From: Dimorphilus gyrociliatus
Taxonomy: Eukaryota; Animalia; Annelida
DNA length: 64,000 bases
Assembly (NCBI GenBank): GCA_904063045.1
Contig: CAJFCJ010000005.1
Coordinates: forward strand, 2,598,165 to 2,662,164
Direction: 5' to 3'
Positions 25,510 to 39,300 of the stretch are shown in pieces. The position numbers and the translations under genes were made by a program. Below the pieces are notes generated by a model that searched no databases, was not told the DNA's origin, and saw nothing but the letters and a program-made list of their open reading frames with translations. How positions within the stretch are numbered: position 1 is the stretch's first letter; every line of letters begins with the position of its first letter.

Positions 25510-28500
25510 ATGGGTAATAAGAAGAGTTGTTGTTTTGTACCAACTGACGGAGCTATCGATCAGAAGAAAAAAGTGGAGGAAAAATATAAAACCAATCATA
25601 AAGAAGCTAGATATAACTTGGAACCTCCTCTAATACTGACAACCTCTGCTTCAAATGTTCAACATATCAGCGAAAGAGAACCTGAGGATTGTCAAGATCC
25701 GTCAAATGACCCTGTCACTAAAACTCTATTTGCTGTTAAAGGCGAAAGAGATCCTGCTGGGAAAAATCGTAAGTTCCATTGAAGATCTTAGATATATATC
25801 ATGTATTAGTGAAATATATAATATTCACATATAGTGTATACTATATATAGATATATATATAATGAGAGAAGGAGAGAAGAGAGGATAATAGTAATATGTT
25901 TATATCAGTAATTAGGACATTTTCACTCAATGAAAAATACGCTTGACTATTTAATTTTTCTATAGCAGCATTTAGTTAAAATATTACTGTCAATCGTATC
26001 TTGTAGAGCTCATTTCTTGACATCATAAAGTACGTAATTACGTAGATTTTTAAAAAAAATATATATTCCCTATTAATTCTGTTTTTTTTTACTTTCTATC
26101 CTTCCCTTTTACTTTGTATTCTTTCTTTCTTCTTTCTCTCTCCGTCCCTCTCGCTCCCTCTCCCTCTCTTGGTATAATACTTACTCTTATCTTATTTCTC
26201 CTCTTTTCTTTCCCTCTTCTAATTATAGCTAAACATACTTTTTAAGCAAGATGCTCTATGGGGCAGCTTAGACCTTCTTTATTTAAGTATAACTGAAATA
26301 TACTTCTATTAACCTTGCAACTCAAATTAACTTTGTAAAATTGAGTGACAACAAGAAAGACTAGATATTTAGAGTAGCAACCTCTTTCCAAGACATTTAT
26401 AGAACATCTCTCTATTTTTGATTTCTGCATAATATGTAATCAATGAAATGTATAGGAGTAAAGAAAATCATAGGATCAATGAAAAAATATTGAATTTAAC
26501 AACTTTCTTGTTTATTTATACTCGAAAAAAAACAGATAGGAAAAATTCTTGTCGGAGAAAGAGTCAGTATGATAATCACGTCGTTATCCATCCACACTCG
26601 GGAAAATTAAGGAAAAAGTATAGTTCCTGTTCAACAATATATATCGACGATTCCACAGTCACTCAGCCAAATTTGAAAAATACAATTAAAGCAGTCGCAT
26701 TAGCCGTTTATTTACATATAAAGAATCGATCTAACGAAGACGATCACGATTTAGACTTGGACGATGAAATTGTTGAAATTTTTAATGAAAAAGTTCACCC
26801 ATTAACGGTAATAGAGATTGAAATAACGTTAAAACTTTATTTATATATGTAGTCTTCAATAATTCTTTCCAGAGGGATTCCTTGCCTACAGACTACTGTC
26901 GGAAAGATCCTGAACATAAAACAATATATCGTTTTATAAGAACATTGTTCAACGCCGCCCAGTTGACTGCAGAATGCGCTATAGTTACATTGGTAAGTAA
27001 CACAGTGTAACTTACGTAATAATATATTGATAAAAATCGTAATAAAAGCAGTATAAATCAACAAATTTTCTATTTGATAGACTTATTTTAACTATGTATT
27101 ATAATTAAGTTATATATACAAAAGCAATTTGATTATTACATTTCTTAGTTAATATGAGAAATTATATAAAGTATATGATATATAAGCTTTTAATTACTAT
27201 TTATGGTAATATGTAAATGTTATTCGCTTTGTTCTTTAGCTAGATACTATTATATAATTATGCATACAGATATATTAAATGTATTATTATATATATATAT
27301 ATTGCTGTAGGTTATATAAGAAATTACAGTGTAGGCGTATATTAAATTCTATACGATTTTGCTGAAAATATCTTTTAAACAAATGACAATTATTTCCATT
27401 ATGTACGTTATACGTAATATTACTTCGTAAGTAATATTTGAAGTGAATTGATTAGAAAGGTTAGATAAGAGATGGGGCTAACCGTTTTTATTCTTTCTTC
27501 TTTTAAATTAACTACTGTGTATAAAAAGTTTCGTAATCAAAATTTTATCGATAAAACTTTGTGATAAAGAAATATATATCTATGTAGGATTTATCATTTT
27601 ATGATATAGTTTATTATCTTTTATTTGCTCTATACTGTATTGTTTTGTAAGTAATACTGATAATAACTACTTAAATAAATCATTAACTTCTTCCTGATTT
27701 TCATCTCTGTTCCACAGGTTTATTTGGAAAGGTTATTAGCTTATGCCGAATTGGAATTGGGTCCTCTAACGTGGAAGAGAGCACTTTTGGGTGCAATAAC
27801 TTTAGCCTCAAAAGTTTGGGATGATCAGGCGGTTTGGAACATTGATTATTGTCAGATACTAAAAGATGTTTCTGTGGAAGATATGAATGAACTGGAAAGA
27901 CAATTCCTGGAATTGTTACAATTTAATATTAATGTTCCCGCAAGCGTATATGCTAAATATTATTTTGAATTGCGTGCTCTGGCGGATGAACACGATCTAA
28001 GCTTTCCTTTAGAATTACTCAGCAAAGAACGAGCTATAAAATTAGAGGTTAGTTTAACTATGGTTAACATATGCCATCATGTAGTGTCCTCATACATATT
28101 CATATTAATAGAATAAGTGTTAAGGATATCCTCTTTACTTTTAGAAAAATGCACGAGAAATTGATTGATACTTTGCGTCAATGTTCATTTTAATTAGTCG
28201 TTAAAACTTATCCCAAAAAAAAACATTAAAAAGAAATCTTCTAGTCAATGTTTTTTAATTACTTTAATTTTAAGCCAAGTGATAGGAACAAAGATACTTT
28301 CTTTTAGCATTTATATAGGAAAAATTGATTGAATAAATGGTTGTTTTATCTAGCCGTTGATTAGAATAATATTTTTTCATTATTGCTTTATTTTAAATTA
28401 TGCCCAAGCTGTGGGAAATTTGTTAAATTTTGTTAATGGCTAAAAGAAAACATAGTGAATCAACGCAATTGTACGCAATAATCTATTAAAGAAATTGTCT

Positions 28501-29154
28501 AAAAAGTGCTAACTATAACCAATGGAGATTATAGAGAAAATTGTCAAATCATTTATCACACCATTACAAAACGGGAGAAATTTTACAACAAGACTTAGCG
28601 AAGATTGCCCAGTCAATTAAAAGATTTTTCAACAGTAAGAGGATCAAACGCTCTCTGACGTTAAGTAAAAACTTTCCAATGTTTTTAGAGGAAATTTACC
28701 GGGAGTAGGTCAAAGACTTTATTAGTAATCGCTAAATTTCAACTAATACCATCTACAATTCTAGAAAAACACAGGATATAAACATTATTTACGATACCCT
28801 ACCCTGTATTTTCTATTAGTATACAAGCATATTTTTAGTATATATAGTATTATACTATACATACTGTATATGCGTATAGAAAATGATACAAATTTGTCTA
28901 CTAATGGTGTGTAATATGTTATAATTAGACTATAGATTCTATTGTTATATTATTTTACATTTTATACAAGTATTATTTAAATAATTAACTTTGTTATAAT
29001 AACAATTGTATATTTATAATAATAATTATATGTTATATTTTTCCAACAGGCTATGTCGAATAATTGCGAAGATAAATTGAAAGGCGGCTTAAAAAGATCT
29101 GTCTCAGTAGATGGTGCGATGAATAAAATCCATACTCGCGCCATTCTTTCATAA
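25510..29154 (+). CDS. CCNY: Cyclin Y, 5 coding exons
   Basis: MGNKKSCC (myristoylation/palmitoylation N-terminus); [22 protein letters not shown]; [18 protein letters not shown]; [13 protein letters not shown]; last exon from 29050 ends RAILS*. Confidence 0.95.
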
Positions 29155-29294
29155 TGTATAGTTTTTTTTCTTTATTTTCTTTTTATCTTTTTCCCAACTC
29201 GTTCATTTGGATTTTTGATTATTTTTTAAATAATTACTGTTTTTCTCCATTTTTTTTCATCTACACTTACACATGCACATAGTCTCTCCCTCTT

Positions 29295-29297
<3 letters not shown>

Positions 29298-29325
<28 letters not shown>
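29298..29325. repeat. (CT)n microsatellite in the CCNY 3' region
   Basis: Perfect CT dinucleotide run. Confidence 0.9.
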
Positions 29326-29331
<6 letters not shown>

Positions 29332-30386
29332 GTGTGATATATAAAGTATATCAGAGATTATGTATATCACTCTTACTTCTCTTCTCTATCAATTTTTTTT
29401 TATCCTATGTATCTTTCTATTTCTCAGTCTCCCACCCCCTCCCTACTTTTTTTTTTATTCCTACTAAATTATCTTTTTCTATCTCTCCTATTCTTATTTT
29501 CCTTCTCCCCTTCCCTCCCTCTCTCCCTCATTTTCTCTTTTTTCTATCCTTACCCTTCTAATACCTGTTCCTATTTATTAGATACGAATTGTATTTAATT
29601 AGAAGTATTTATCCTTCTATTATTTATAGATGTTTTTAAAAAATATCATTCCAATTAATGGATAAAGAGAGGTGTTTTTTTTACCAAAATAATAATTATA
29701 TTTAAAAAAAAATTGTTTTTACGAGAATACAAATAGATTTTTAGTAATAAAGTGTTTCTGTTAATGATAATTATTATATTGTTTATACTAGACGACATAC
29801 TTTTAAGTTATCCTATCTATCATCTACAGAAGGTGATGAACCGGATTAGATGTAAAGTAAGTATTATTTTAGGAGAAACAGAGGTTGGATATCGCCGTGG
29901 TTACCACTGAGAAATTAATTAAAATGTTACGCAATTTCTGCAACAACCCTTATGACTAATTGATTTTTAGTATAGTTTAGTTAAACTGATAAAGAAAATG
30001 GGGGTTTTTACGTTCAATCGATAGGATGGAACAACTGAAAGATTTGATCGACAATAAAATCAATTTAATTCTCTGATTTCTAATCTGAATTTTATTGAAA
30101 ATAAACAAAAACAAGGAAACAAAATATACACAAATAAATAAATAATTTATAATGAAAAGCAATAAAATAGAACGTGAAACACTTTTAAAAAGAGAACAAA
30201 AATAAAGCTAATTAGCTAAGAATATCTTCTATCTTCCTATCTCGAACACTATCAAAGCATGTCTGAAGGATCTCTTTTTTTTCTCCATCCTATAAAATTT
30301 CAAGGTGAATAAATAACAACAAACTATTTACGTTTAGTTTAAAAGTGCTTACAAACACATATACAGAAATAGAATGTCTAATCATT

Positions 30387-33300
30387 CTATTCTCTATCAC
30401 TTACCATAAGATAGGGATTCACTTTCAATTCCATTGCAAATCTCTTAACCCAAATCATTTTCCCTTTTTCGATTAATTGTATATGTGTCTCGAAAGATTT
30501 TTGCCTAATTTTCATGTAATGAGCAAAGCCAACGCAAATTAGGAAGAATGATGTAATAATTATGGGAATAAGAATAGCTCCGTTATAGATAGTCTTTTGG
30601 AAAAACGGTTTGGGTACCAATTTTATATTCTCCCATTGAGTTGTCCATATTCTCATTGTTTTTCTATCAACAAATTTACATTTCCATTCGCCTTCGTGTT
30701 TTCTTTTCATACCTTTAATCTGAATATGAATATAAACAAAAGTCATATCAGTATAAATTAATAATGTATCGGGATTATAAGGTTAGTAAAGAAGCGTGAA
30801 TGCCAAAGAACGAAGAACTCTTTTCTTGTGTCAACACAATACATTCTATTCTTTCGTTTCGTATTTCTAACTTCCTAGTAAAATATACCCCATTCGTAGG
30901 CCTCATTTAGACCTGGCGATCTCTCTCTCTCATTCATTTCTAGGTTTTTATTCATTCACACCAGCGTTAAAAGAAAAAAAATATAAAAAAAGATGGAAGA
31001 TTATGAAAGAAAAAATGATTTGAGTACTCTTAACGATATCAACTTATCAAGTATTACAACTATACTAAAAAGAAGATTTGAGAAAGATATATTTTGCGTA
31101 TGATATTAAATTAAATTAATTTATTTCCTATTAATTGATTGATTTTGTAGACATTTGCTGATAATGTTATGTTTTTTCTCGAACCTGAAAATCTACCGAA
31201 AAGTTTCCTTTCAGAGGTAAGACAGAAAAAGATAAATACTTAATGATTTCAAATATTTAACTTCCTTAATTGATTTTACTTAAAGTCTAGACGTATTTAT
31301 AAAGATATAGAAAATGTTCACAGCCACCGGACACATATATACAGTTTGGCTAAAATGGTTTTTGATGATTTTACCTTTCGTAAAGAGAATAAATTAATTG
31401 TATTACATGGAGATATTTTAAATAACGACAATAGATTTAACATAATAAATATGCTTACTTGCCAACTTTCGTTCTTACCACAAAAGAGTTTGGTTAAGGA
31501 AGAAAATATAACTTCGGTATTAATATTCGATCATTTATATTTTAAAAAAAAGGCCTATATCTTTCCAATGAATGTTAATAATCTTATAACTTTTAAATAG
31601 AGTATGAGAATACTGCAGGCATTTAGAGATTGTCAACAGTTTGATAATAGGATACAATCAAAATGTGTGAAGCTATTTAACCTTTATTATAACGATGACA
31701 ATTTTTTTACTGGCGGTAAGTGAATCAAGTTAAAAATATTATTAAAATATGCTTAATGTTTGATGTATGTTTAATAAAATTAAAGCAAATATTCAAGAGT
31801 TCTTTTCGGATTGTGATACAATAACAAACAGAGATATAGGTGAATATAACTTTCACATTCTCTATCAATTATACTATGGAGGAAATTTGGAGTGTCTTGA
31901 AAAAATCAAGTATCCTAAGCTGCTTAGCGTATTGACGAAAGACAATGAAAGAATTATGCCTGAGGATCCTAATTACCGTGAATCTTATATTAATATTAAA
32001 AAAGACCTAAAAACACTATCATTCTCCGACAATGTTTGTTGTTTGTCAATGAATTAAGTTGTTTATTATTCATTTATTTATTTATTTATATTAGAATATA
32101 AAATATATGGAAAATTGTTTGGCAGCGGTTCTTCTTCTTGGTGAACTTCGAATTTCAAATAAAAATTCAAACTTGCAAGTTATTGGGCCTGTTGAGGACG
32201 GTAACAAAGAATTTTCTATAATCAGTTAACCGTACATTGTAACCTATGTTTGTAAACAGCTGCTAAATTACTTGATATGTCAAGTGAGTCCTTCATTGAA
32301 TTTATTTCGTATGAAATATTTGATAGGGAAGAGAAAGTCTTAAGATCGAGCTATAATGCTACAAGCTTTTGTTTAAAGTTGGCAAGGACCCTATACAAAC
32401 AACTATCCAAATGGGTAGTAAACAAGATCAATGATCATTTAAAGCAACACTTAAGGTTTGTCTTCTCCTTCTTTTCAATAGAAATGTTAATATATTTAAT
32501 TACTTTCGTCCTAGTTCTGTGAATCATTCTTTGGATAACTATAGAAAAGTTTCTATCATGGATTCACCTCCTCTTTTTCAAGATTGCCATTCGACGTCCC
32601 TTTGGAAATTTTTATCGAATGCCAGAGTAGAAAATATGAACTACATATATAATAAACATGTTTTCAAGGATCCACAAGATAGCTTTAAAGCAAAATTTCC
32701 TTGGACAGATATTGTATCGCATTATGAAAATGATACCTTTGATCTTTTATTCAATGTGAGAGAATGATTAAATTACCTTTATTTTATTTTATAAACCTCT
32801 GAAGTTTATTCCATTAGAAAAATAATGGACTATTAAAAAGACTTCGGGACATTTCCAATCCAGAATCTAGCAGCTCATCCGATTTTAAAACTGAATTGAG
32901 AAACGTTAAAAATAAACAGATAATATTACGAAATAACACGCAATTCGGAATTAAACATTTCTTAAATGATGAAGTAAGGATAAAACGTTTCTTTCCTCTT
33001 TTCCTTATCGTATCCTAGCTAGTAAAATTTTTGTTTTATTTTGTTTCAAGGCAAGTTACGATTGTAAAAACTTTATTGAACTAAATAAGGACTACGTTCT
33101 TCCTAACGAGGTATTTTCCGATTTTATTGGACTATGTAACACATCTGAAATAGGTAGAATGTGTGAAGTATTCAAAAAATCAAATACAAGCTTTCAAAAG
33201 TCAAAGGTTTTGTTATCTGCATCTGATCTAAGAACTCAAAAATTGGAGGTAAACTTAACAATACATTTAAATGTAATTTATTAATTGAAAGCTAAAATTG

Positions 33301-36300
33301 GATACTCGACTAGGATGCTTTAAAAGAAATCTTACCGGAATTCGAAGCGAGTGAAGTGTATTATCTATGGTAAAGTTTCTTATCTATTTAAACTTAGTTA
33401 ATCTATATATTTAATATGTATTTTTTAATATTTATAGCTGCGTTAATCATGCATCTACGAATGAAGAGAAAAGTCTAGAGGAAAAATTAAAAAGTTTTTC
33501 TATTGAACAATTAACAATGCTAAAGAAAAAAGGTTTTAGAACCGTCTTTTACGACACTGAATTACCTATGACGTAATTAAAATTTTACTTTAAAGTATTT
33601 AAAAACACTCTATCTATTCCTCTTTTTTTCTTCTTCTTCAATAAATCAACAAAATAGATTCAACTTTCTACCGCGAGACAAAGAGATAGAAGGTATACGA
33701 AAGTGTTTGGAGGAACATAAAGATTCTTATAAAGAAGTGGGAACAGCAATTTACCTTAAAACTATGGCTTTAAGGATATTGAGAACTCATAGGAACAGAA
33801 TTAAAAATGAAACATTAAGAGGAACTACCGGAATACCTAATCTACATGAAGAGATAGAGGAGAATGAAGAAATTTCTGATAATTATTCGTACGTTTCATT
33901 TTCATCCATTAATGAAGCTAAGCTAGTCTAAGTAAGTTTTATGCTGTTTTCTTACAAGAACAGATGGGATCGTCCCAAAATACTTCCAGCTGAAACACAC
34001 TCGTCTATTAGCACAAATAGTTGCTGTTTAAAATTCTGCCGAGTTCTGGTATACTTTTTAACATTCATTTTAGTTCTTGGACTTTCCATTCTAAGTCAAG
34101 GCAGCTTCATTATGCTTCTGGGAACGCAAAGAAAATATATGAATGACGTAAGTATTGCATAACTTTATAAAAACTAGAGAAGAAGAGAGTAATTAGAAAA
34201 TTTTATCAATTAGAAGTCTAAAGATGATCTAAGCAATACAATTTATGGACAGCTTGTAATTATAACATTACTTCCAGAAGTTTTACAATTACTTTTAGAA
34301 ACATTCCGATTCTTTATGAATAAAATTAAGCTACCGGATATAGTAACTATAGTGGTAATTAATTCATAATTTATAATAAATATTTATCAATTTTAATAAT
34401 ATAAAATCAATATATCTACTCAAAGGCAGTCATTCCAGAAGCAGCTTATGCGTTTGGAGTATCCATATTAGTTTTTAAAGTTTTACCAACTTGTGGATCA
34501 TTTCTTGCCTTCTTTATAATTCATGGAATAACAATAACACCGTCTATTATGAAACTACTGGAATATACTACTTTCTCTAAAAAGACTATAAAAACACATT
34601 GCATAAAATTTATAGTAGACATTTGCAATTTTGCATCACAAGTGATCGGTTTAATTGTTTTAACGATTGCTGTAGTGAGTTCATTCGCAGGGATAAAATC
34701 CAGCCAAGAATCACAATACGTAGCAGCTCTTGCGATTATAATAGTTTCATTAAAGTATTGGGAAAACTTTGTTGATTCTAAAATCTTAAACATAGATTTT
34801 AAACAATTCAAGACAAATATTCAAGATCACAAACCAATCCTAAATTTTATTTCACTTCCAATAAAAATTGGAATTATAGTTGGAATGGCGTAAGTTTTGA
34901 AATAGATACGTAAAGCTGAACGAATTGAAATATAATTAAACAATGTTCGTCTAGATACACGTTCAACAAGGATATTGATTGGAAAGGATCACTTTCGGAT
35001 AGAGAGAGTCAGAAAGATTCTTCAGCATCTTTCACCTCTGAAAGAGTTCTATTAATAACCAATTGCATCTCATCATTCTGCTTGTTTCATATTTGTCATA
35101 TCGCTTGCCAATTAAGAATGCAAATTTTTAGTTTGGCTACGCCTTTGATTGTTTTCTCTGGTCCTGTATTAGCTGGATTGATCGCTCTGCAATGCGAAGG
35201 TTTTATTGATCCAATTAAAACAAAGACAGTTGGCTTGGAATTTAGTTTTTATGCTGATTACAAGAATGGTAATAAGAGCAGTATTCTATTTTTTGGCATA
35301 TTCTGGCTCATAGGGATTGTAATAACAACTCGACATATTTGGACGGAACCACGTGACAAAGAATCAAAAATTGAAACACTCTTTACTAATACAAACTTCA
35401 CTACCTTCGCTCCTGTTTGCAATATTTTATTTAGCAGAAAGCAATACGCTGATGATTATCAAGTACACGAAGATTATCAGTTTGGTGCTTATCAACATCT
35501 CCCAGAAGTGAATGTGAACGAAAACATTCAAAATTCACCAGAAGTGATTGCTTGCGCAACTATGTGGCACGAAACTAAGGACGAGATGAAACAATTGATA
35601 AAATCTATTGTGATCTTGAGCAGAGACTGTTATAGGAAAAGAACGGTATCACAAAAAGCAAATTATCTTAAAAGTGAATACTTCAACTTTAGCGGTAAGA
35701 TATTTCCCGTTAGCTTTAACATCTCAAACTATCAAGCATATCTCATTTCTTTATTATAGCCCACATCTTCTTTGATGATTGCATGACGTTAAAAGAGGAC
35801 AAGAAAAGAAAAGGGAATTTCTTCGTTGTCAATGAATATGTACGAAGATTACAAGAAGTTATTAGCGAGACGCTTTCACTCTTCGAAACTAATAAAACTG
35901 ATGAAGTTATAAATCAGAGTCCTAGAAAATATCGTACGCCCTACGGAGGAAGATTGGTTTGGGTGTTACCAGGCAATATTGAACTAGTAGTACATTTGAA
36001 AGATAAGCATAAAATAAGGCATAAAAAGAGATGGTCTCAATGCATGTACATGTATTACTTAATAATGTTCAAGTTACTTGAAAATGGGAAGGCTCTACAA
36101 GATAGTTCTGACGCGTGGAAAAAAATTGTTTATACAGGATCGGAATATATTAAAAGTTTGAATCAAGCATCGCTAAAGAAGCTGGCCAACACCTATATTC
36201 TAGCCTTGGATGGTGATGTAACTTTCAAGCCAAAAGCTATAGAATATTTGGTCGAATGTATGAAACAAAATATACAAACAGGAGCAGTTTGCGGTCGAAT

Positions 36301-39300
36301 ACACCCTACTGGTAGAGGACCAATGGTATGGTATCAAGCGTTTGAATATGCTGTTGGCCATTGGTTTCAGAAAGCAGCTGAACATATTTTCGGTAGTGTA
36401 CTTTGTTCTCCTGGTTGTTTCTCTTTGTTTAGAGTAGCCGCCCTACTGGACAATAACGTTATGAAAACCTATTTAAGTATTGCAACTGAACCAGAACACT
36501 TTATTCAGTACGATATGGGAGAAGATCGGTGGCTATGTACTCTACTCATACAGCAAGGTCATCGAGTTGACTATATTGCCGCATCAGACGCCTTAACAGT
36601 TGCACCCGAGAGTTTTAGCGAATTCTTCAAACAAAGAAAACGTTGGATTCCGTCGACTTTAGCAAATATTGTAGATTTATTATCGAGCCATAGAAATGTT
36701 AAAAATCCTAATATCAGTAAATTCTTCATATGGTATCAGTTCTTTCTATTAGTTTCAACCATTCTTGGCCCATCAACTATTATCATCGCTATAGCGTCAG
36801 CTTTAGATACGATGTTCCAAGATTGGGATTTATGGATTTGCTTCCTTCTTTCCTTGGCCCCTTGTATAGTCTACATAGTAATTTGTTTGACTACAAAGTT
36901 GAAAACACAAATTAAAGTGGCCCAATTTCTATCTACAGTCTATTCATGCGTAATGTTAATTGTGCTAGTCTCGATTATAAAATCATTCGTAGATGATAAC
37001 ATTCTCAATCCATCGCTTCTGTTCATAGTTATTGTTGCTGCAGTATTTGTGTTTGGTGGTCTTCTACATCCTGAGGAAGCATCCTGTCTCATTTATGGCA
37101 TCCTTTACTTCCTATTTATTCCAGCTGGCTATCTCTTTCTAAATATTTTTTCCATATGCAATCTTCACGATATTAATTGGGGTACAAGAGAAACTCCAAA
37201 GGTAAAAACTAAAGCCGAATTAGAGAGAGAGAGGAAACTAGCTGAAGATAGAGAAAAGAACAAAAAAAGATCGTGGTATAGTGGTCTATTAGAGAGATTA
37301 ATTAGAGATATTTCAGCAATATTTGCTCCTATATTAAACAATAGAAAGAAATCGATTGAAGAAAGCAATCTTATCTTCATGTTGAAAATCTTGGGAAAAG
37401 ATATCAAGAAATTACGACAAGTAATAGTTAATATATCCAATAAACAGTTGGAGCATGAAAATGTTGAGGATACCGATGATGAAATGATGGAGAATATTGA
37501 CAATAGTTTAAAGAATTTGAAAGATGAGAAAGATGAGGAAGAAAAGAATCAAGAAAATAAAGTAGAAGAAATTACATGTGAACCAGAGGATATCGAAGAA
37601 CTAAGAATCCAATTTGAAAATTGGAATACTGCATCTTGGATTAACGATACTGAATTGAATAGCTTTCTAACCGATGAACTTGACAAGGATGAGATTACTT
37701 TTTGGAAACAACTCATTAAAAAACATCTACAACCATTCGAAAAGAACGAAAGAAAAGAAAAACAAAAGGGAGCAGCTCTGATAGAATTACGTAATTCAAT
37801 GTGCTTTATGTACTGGTTTAGCAATGCACTTTGGATATTATTGAACTATTTATTAATGAGCGATCAATCGTTATTTATAAGTATGTTTGGGTCTCGAGTA
37901 CACGGCTTAGGTGTAGTATTTATGGTACTATTTACAGTGCTTCTATTCTTTCAAACTATGGGATTGATCCTTCATCAATGGGAAACTTTCGTAAAAGTAA
38001 TTTCGAACATACAACTAAGTCGTAAAAAATTATCTCAAGGTGAAATGAGGCTAAATCAACTATACCATGAGTTTTATGGAAAAAGTCAAAATCAAACTAA
38101 CAATATGAAATATCCACCCCAATATGACAAATATCGAAATATTAATGAACAAAATAATAAGAGATTCCAAGGAAACAGACCGCAAAACATTTACCGCGAA
38201 GCGCCAGTTTAACAAGAATGAGAACAACAACACTTGTTTGTACAAACTATTTATATGTTAATCTATGAATACTCACTGACACTTTATTCATATTTCTGAA
38301 ACTTTTATCTTTTATATACAACCATTTATCTTGTACCTTTTTATACCAACGAATAGTCCAATTGCTGAACAGTATTATCAGACGGTCGGCGTTACAAGAA
38401 AATGTTCTTGGATTGTATAGAGTTTCCTCTATTGGAATTGGTCTTTGCCTATTAATAACTGATAATGCCCAAAAATCTATTATTCGATATAATCTTCTTC
38501 CGGTTGATTTACTTCTCCAATATTCAGCTTCGCATGTATAAACACCAGAATTGAATGGGTATAATTTCGTCAAAAATATTGAATCTCCCTCAAGAGACGT
38601 ATAGGCTGATAAACCCAACGAATGACCATTAAATGTCCAATAAATTTTTACCGATGGTATCTCATTTCGGAACATCTTTGTAGCTAAAATATTACAATTT
38701 AATAGATGTCTCTTTAAGACTATCTTTTCAATATTATTGAATGTCTGATTAATATTCTTCTGAATTTCATTCTCAAGTGCGTCGCTTAATTTTGGCATTA
38801 ATGCTTTTTCACAATCAACATTCTCATTGCAAGCTATTCCTGTAACGAAAGCCGACCCTGAACAGACAAAACCACCGAACATTGGAGGTGGATTTGAACA
38901 CCATCTTCTCTTTGACAATACACCACCAGGCGAACAAGTCGCATTACATTCGAGAAGAGTCCATTCTGTCCAACCACCGTTTATAGGACATAATAAGTTT
39001 GCCTTACACCACCGAACCTCATTCGATCTACCAATACATTCTTTCCCACCAGCTATTGGAGGTGGATTATTACAATATCTAATCCTACTTCGTCGCCCCT
39101 TTTAATTAATACAAACTGAAGATAAAACTAATAGAAAAACAATATTTATAAATTGTACAAACCCAACCACATGTGACGTCACAGTCCCTACTCCACATAC
39201 TCCATGAACCCCATTTACCATTGACTTTATTTAAATTGCATCTATCTATTTGATTTTTGATGTGTTTTAAGTTTTTTCCAATCATTAACTTATAACAATT

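Noticed and set aside
29334-29598. Hydrophobic F/L/S-rich ORFs
   Set aside because: Translation of pyrimidine-rich CCNY 3' UTR and microsatellite sequence.
38827-39105. Plus-strand Pro-rich ORF
   Set aside because: Antisense of the TSP1-repeat exon.
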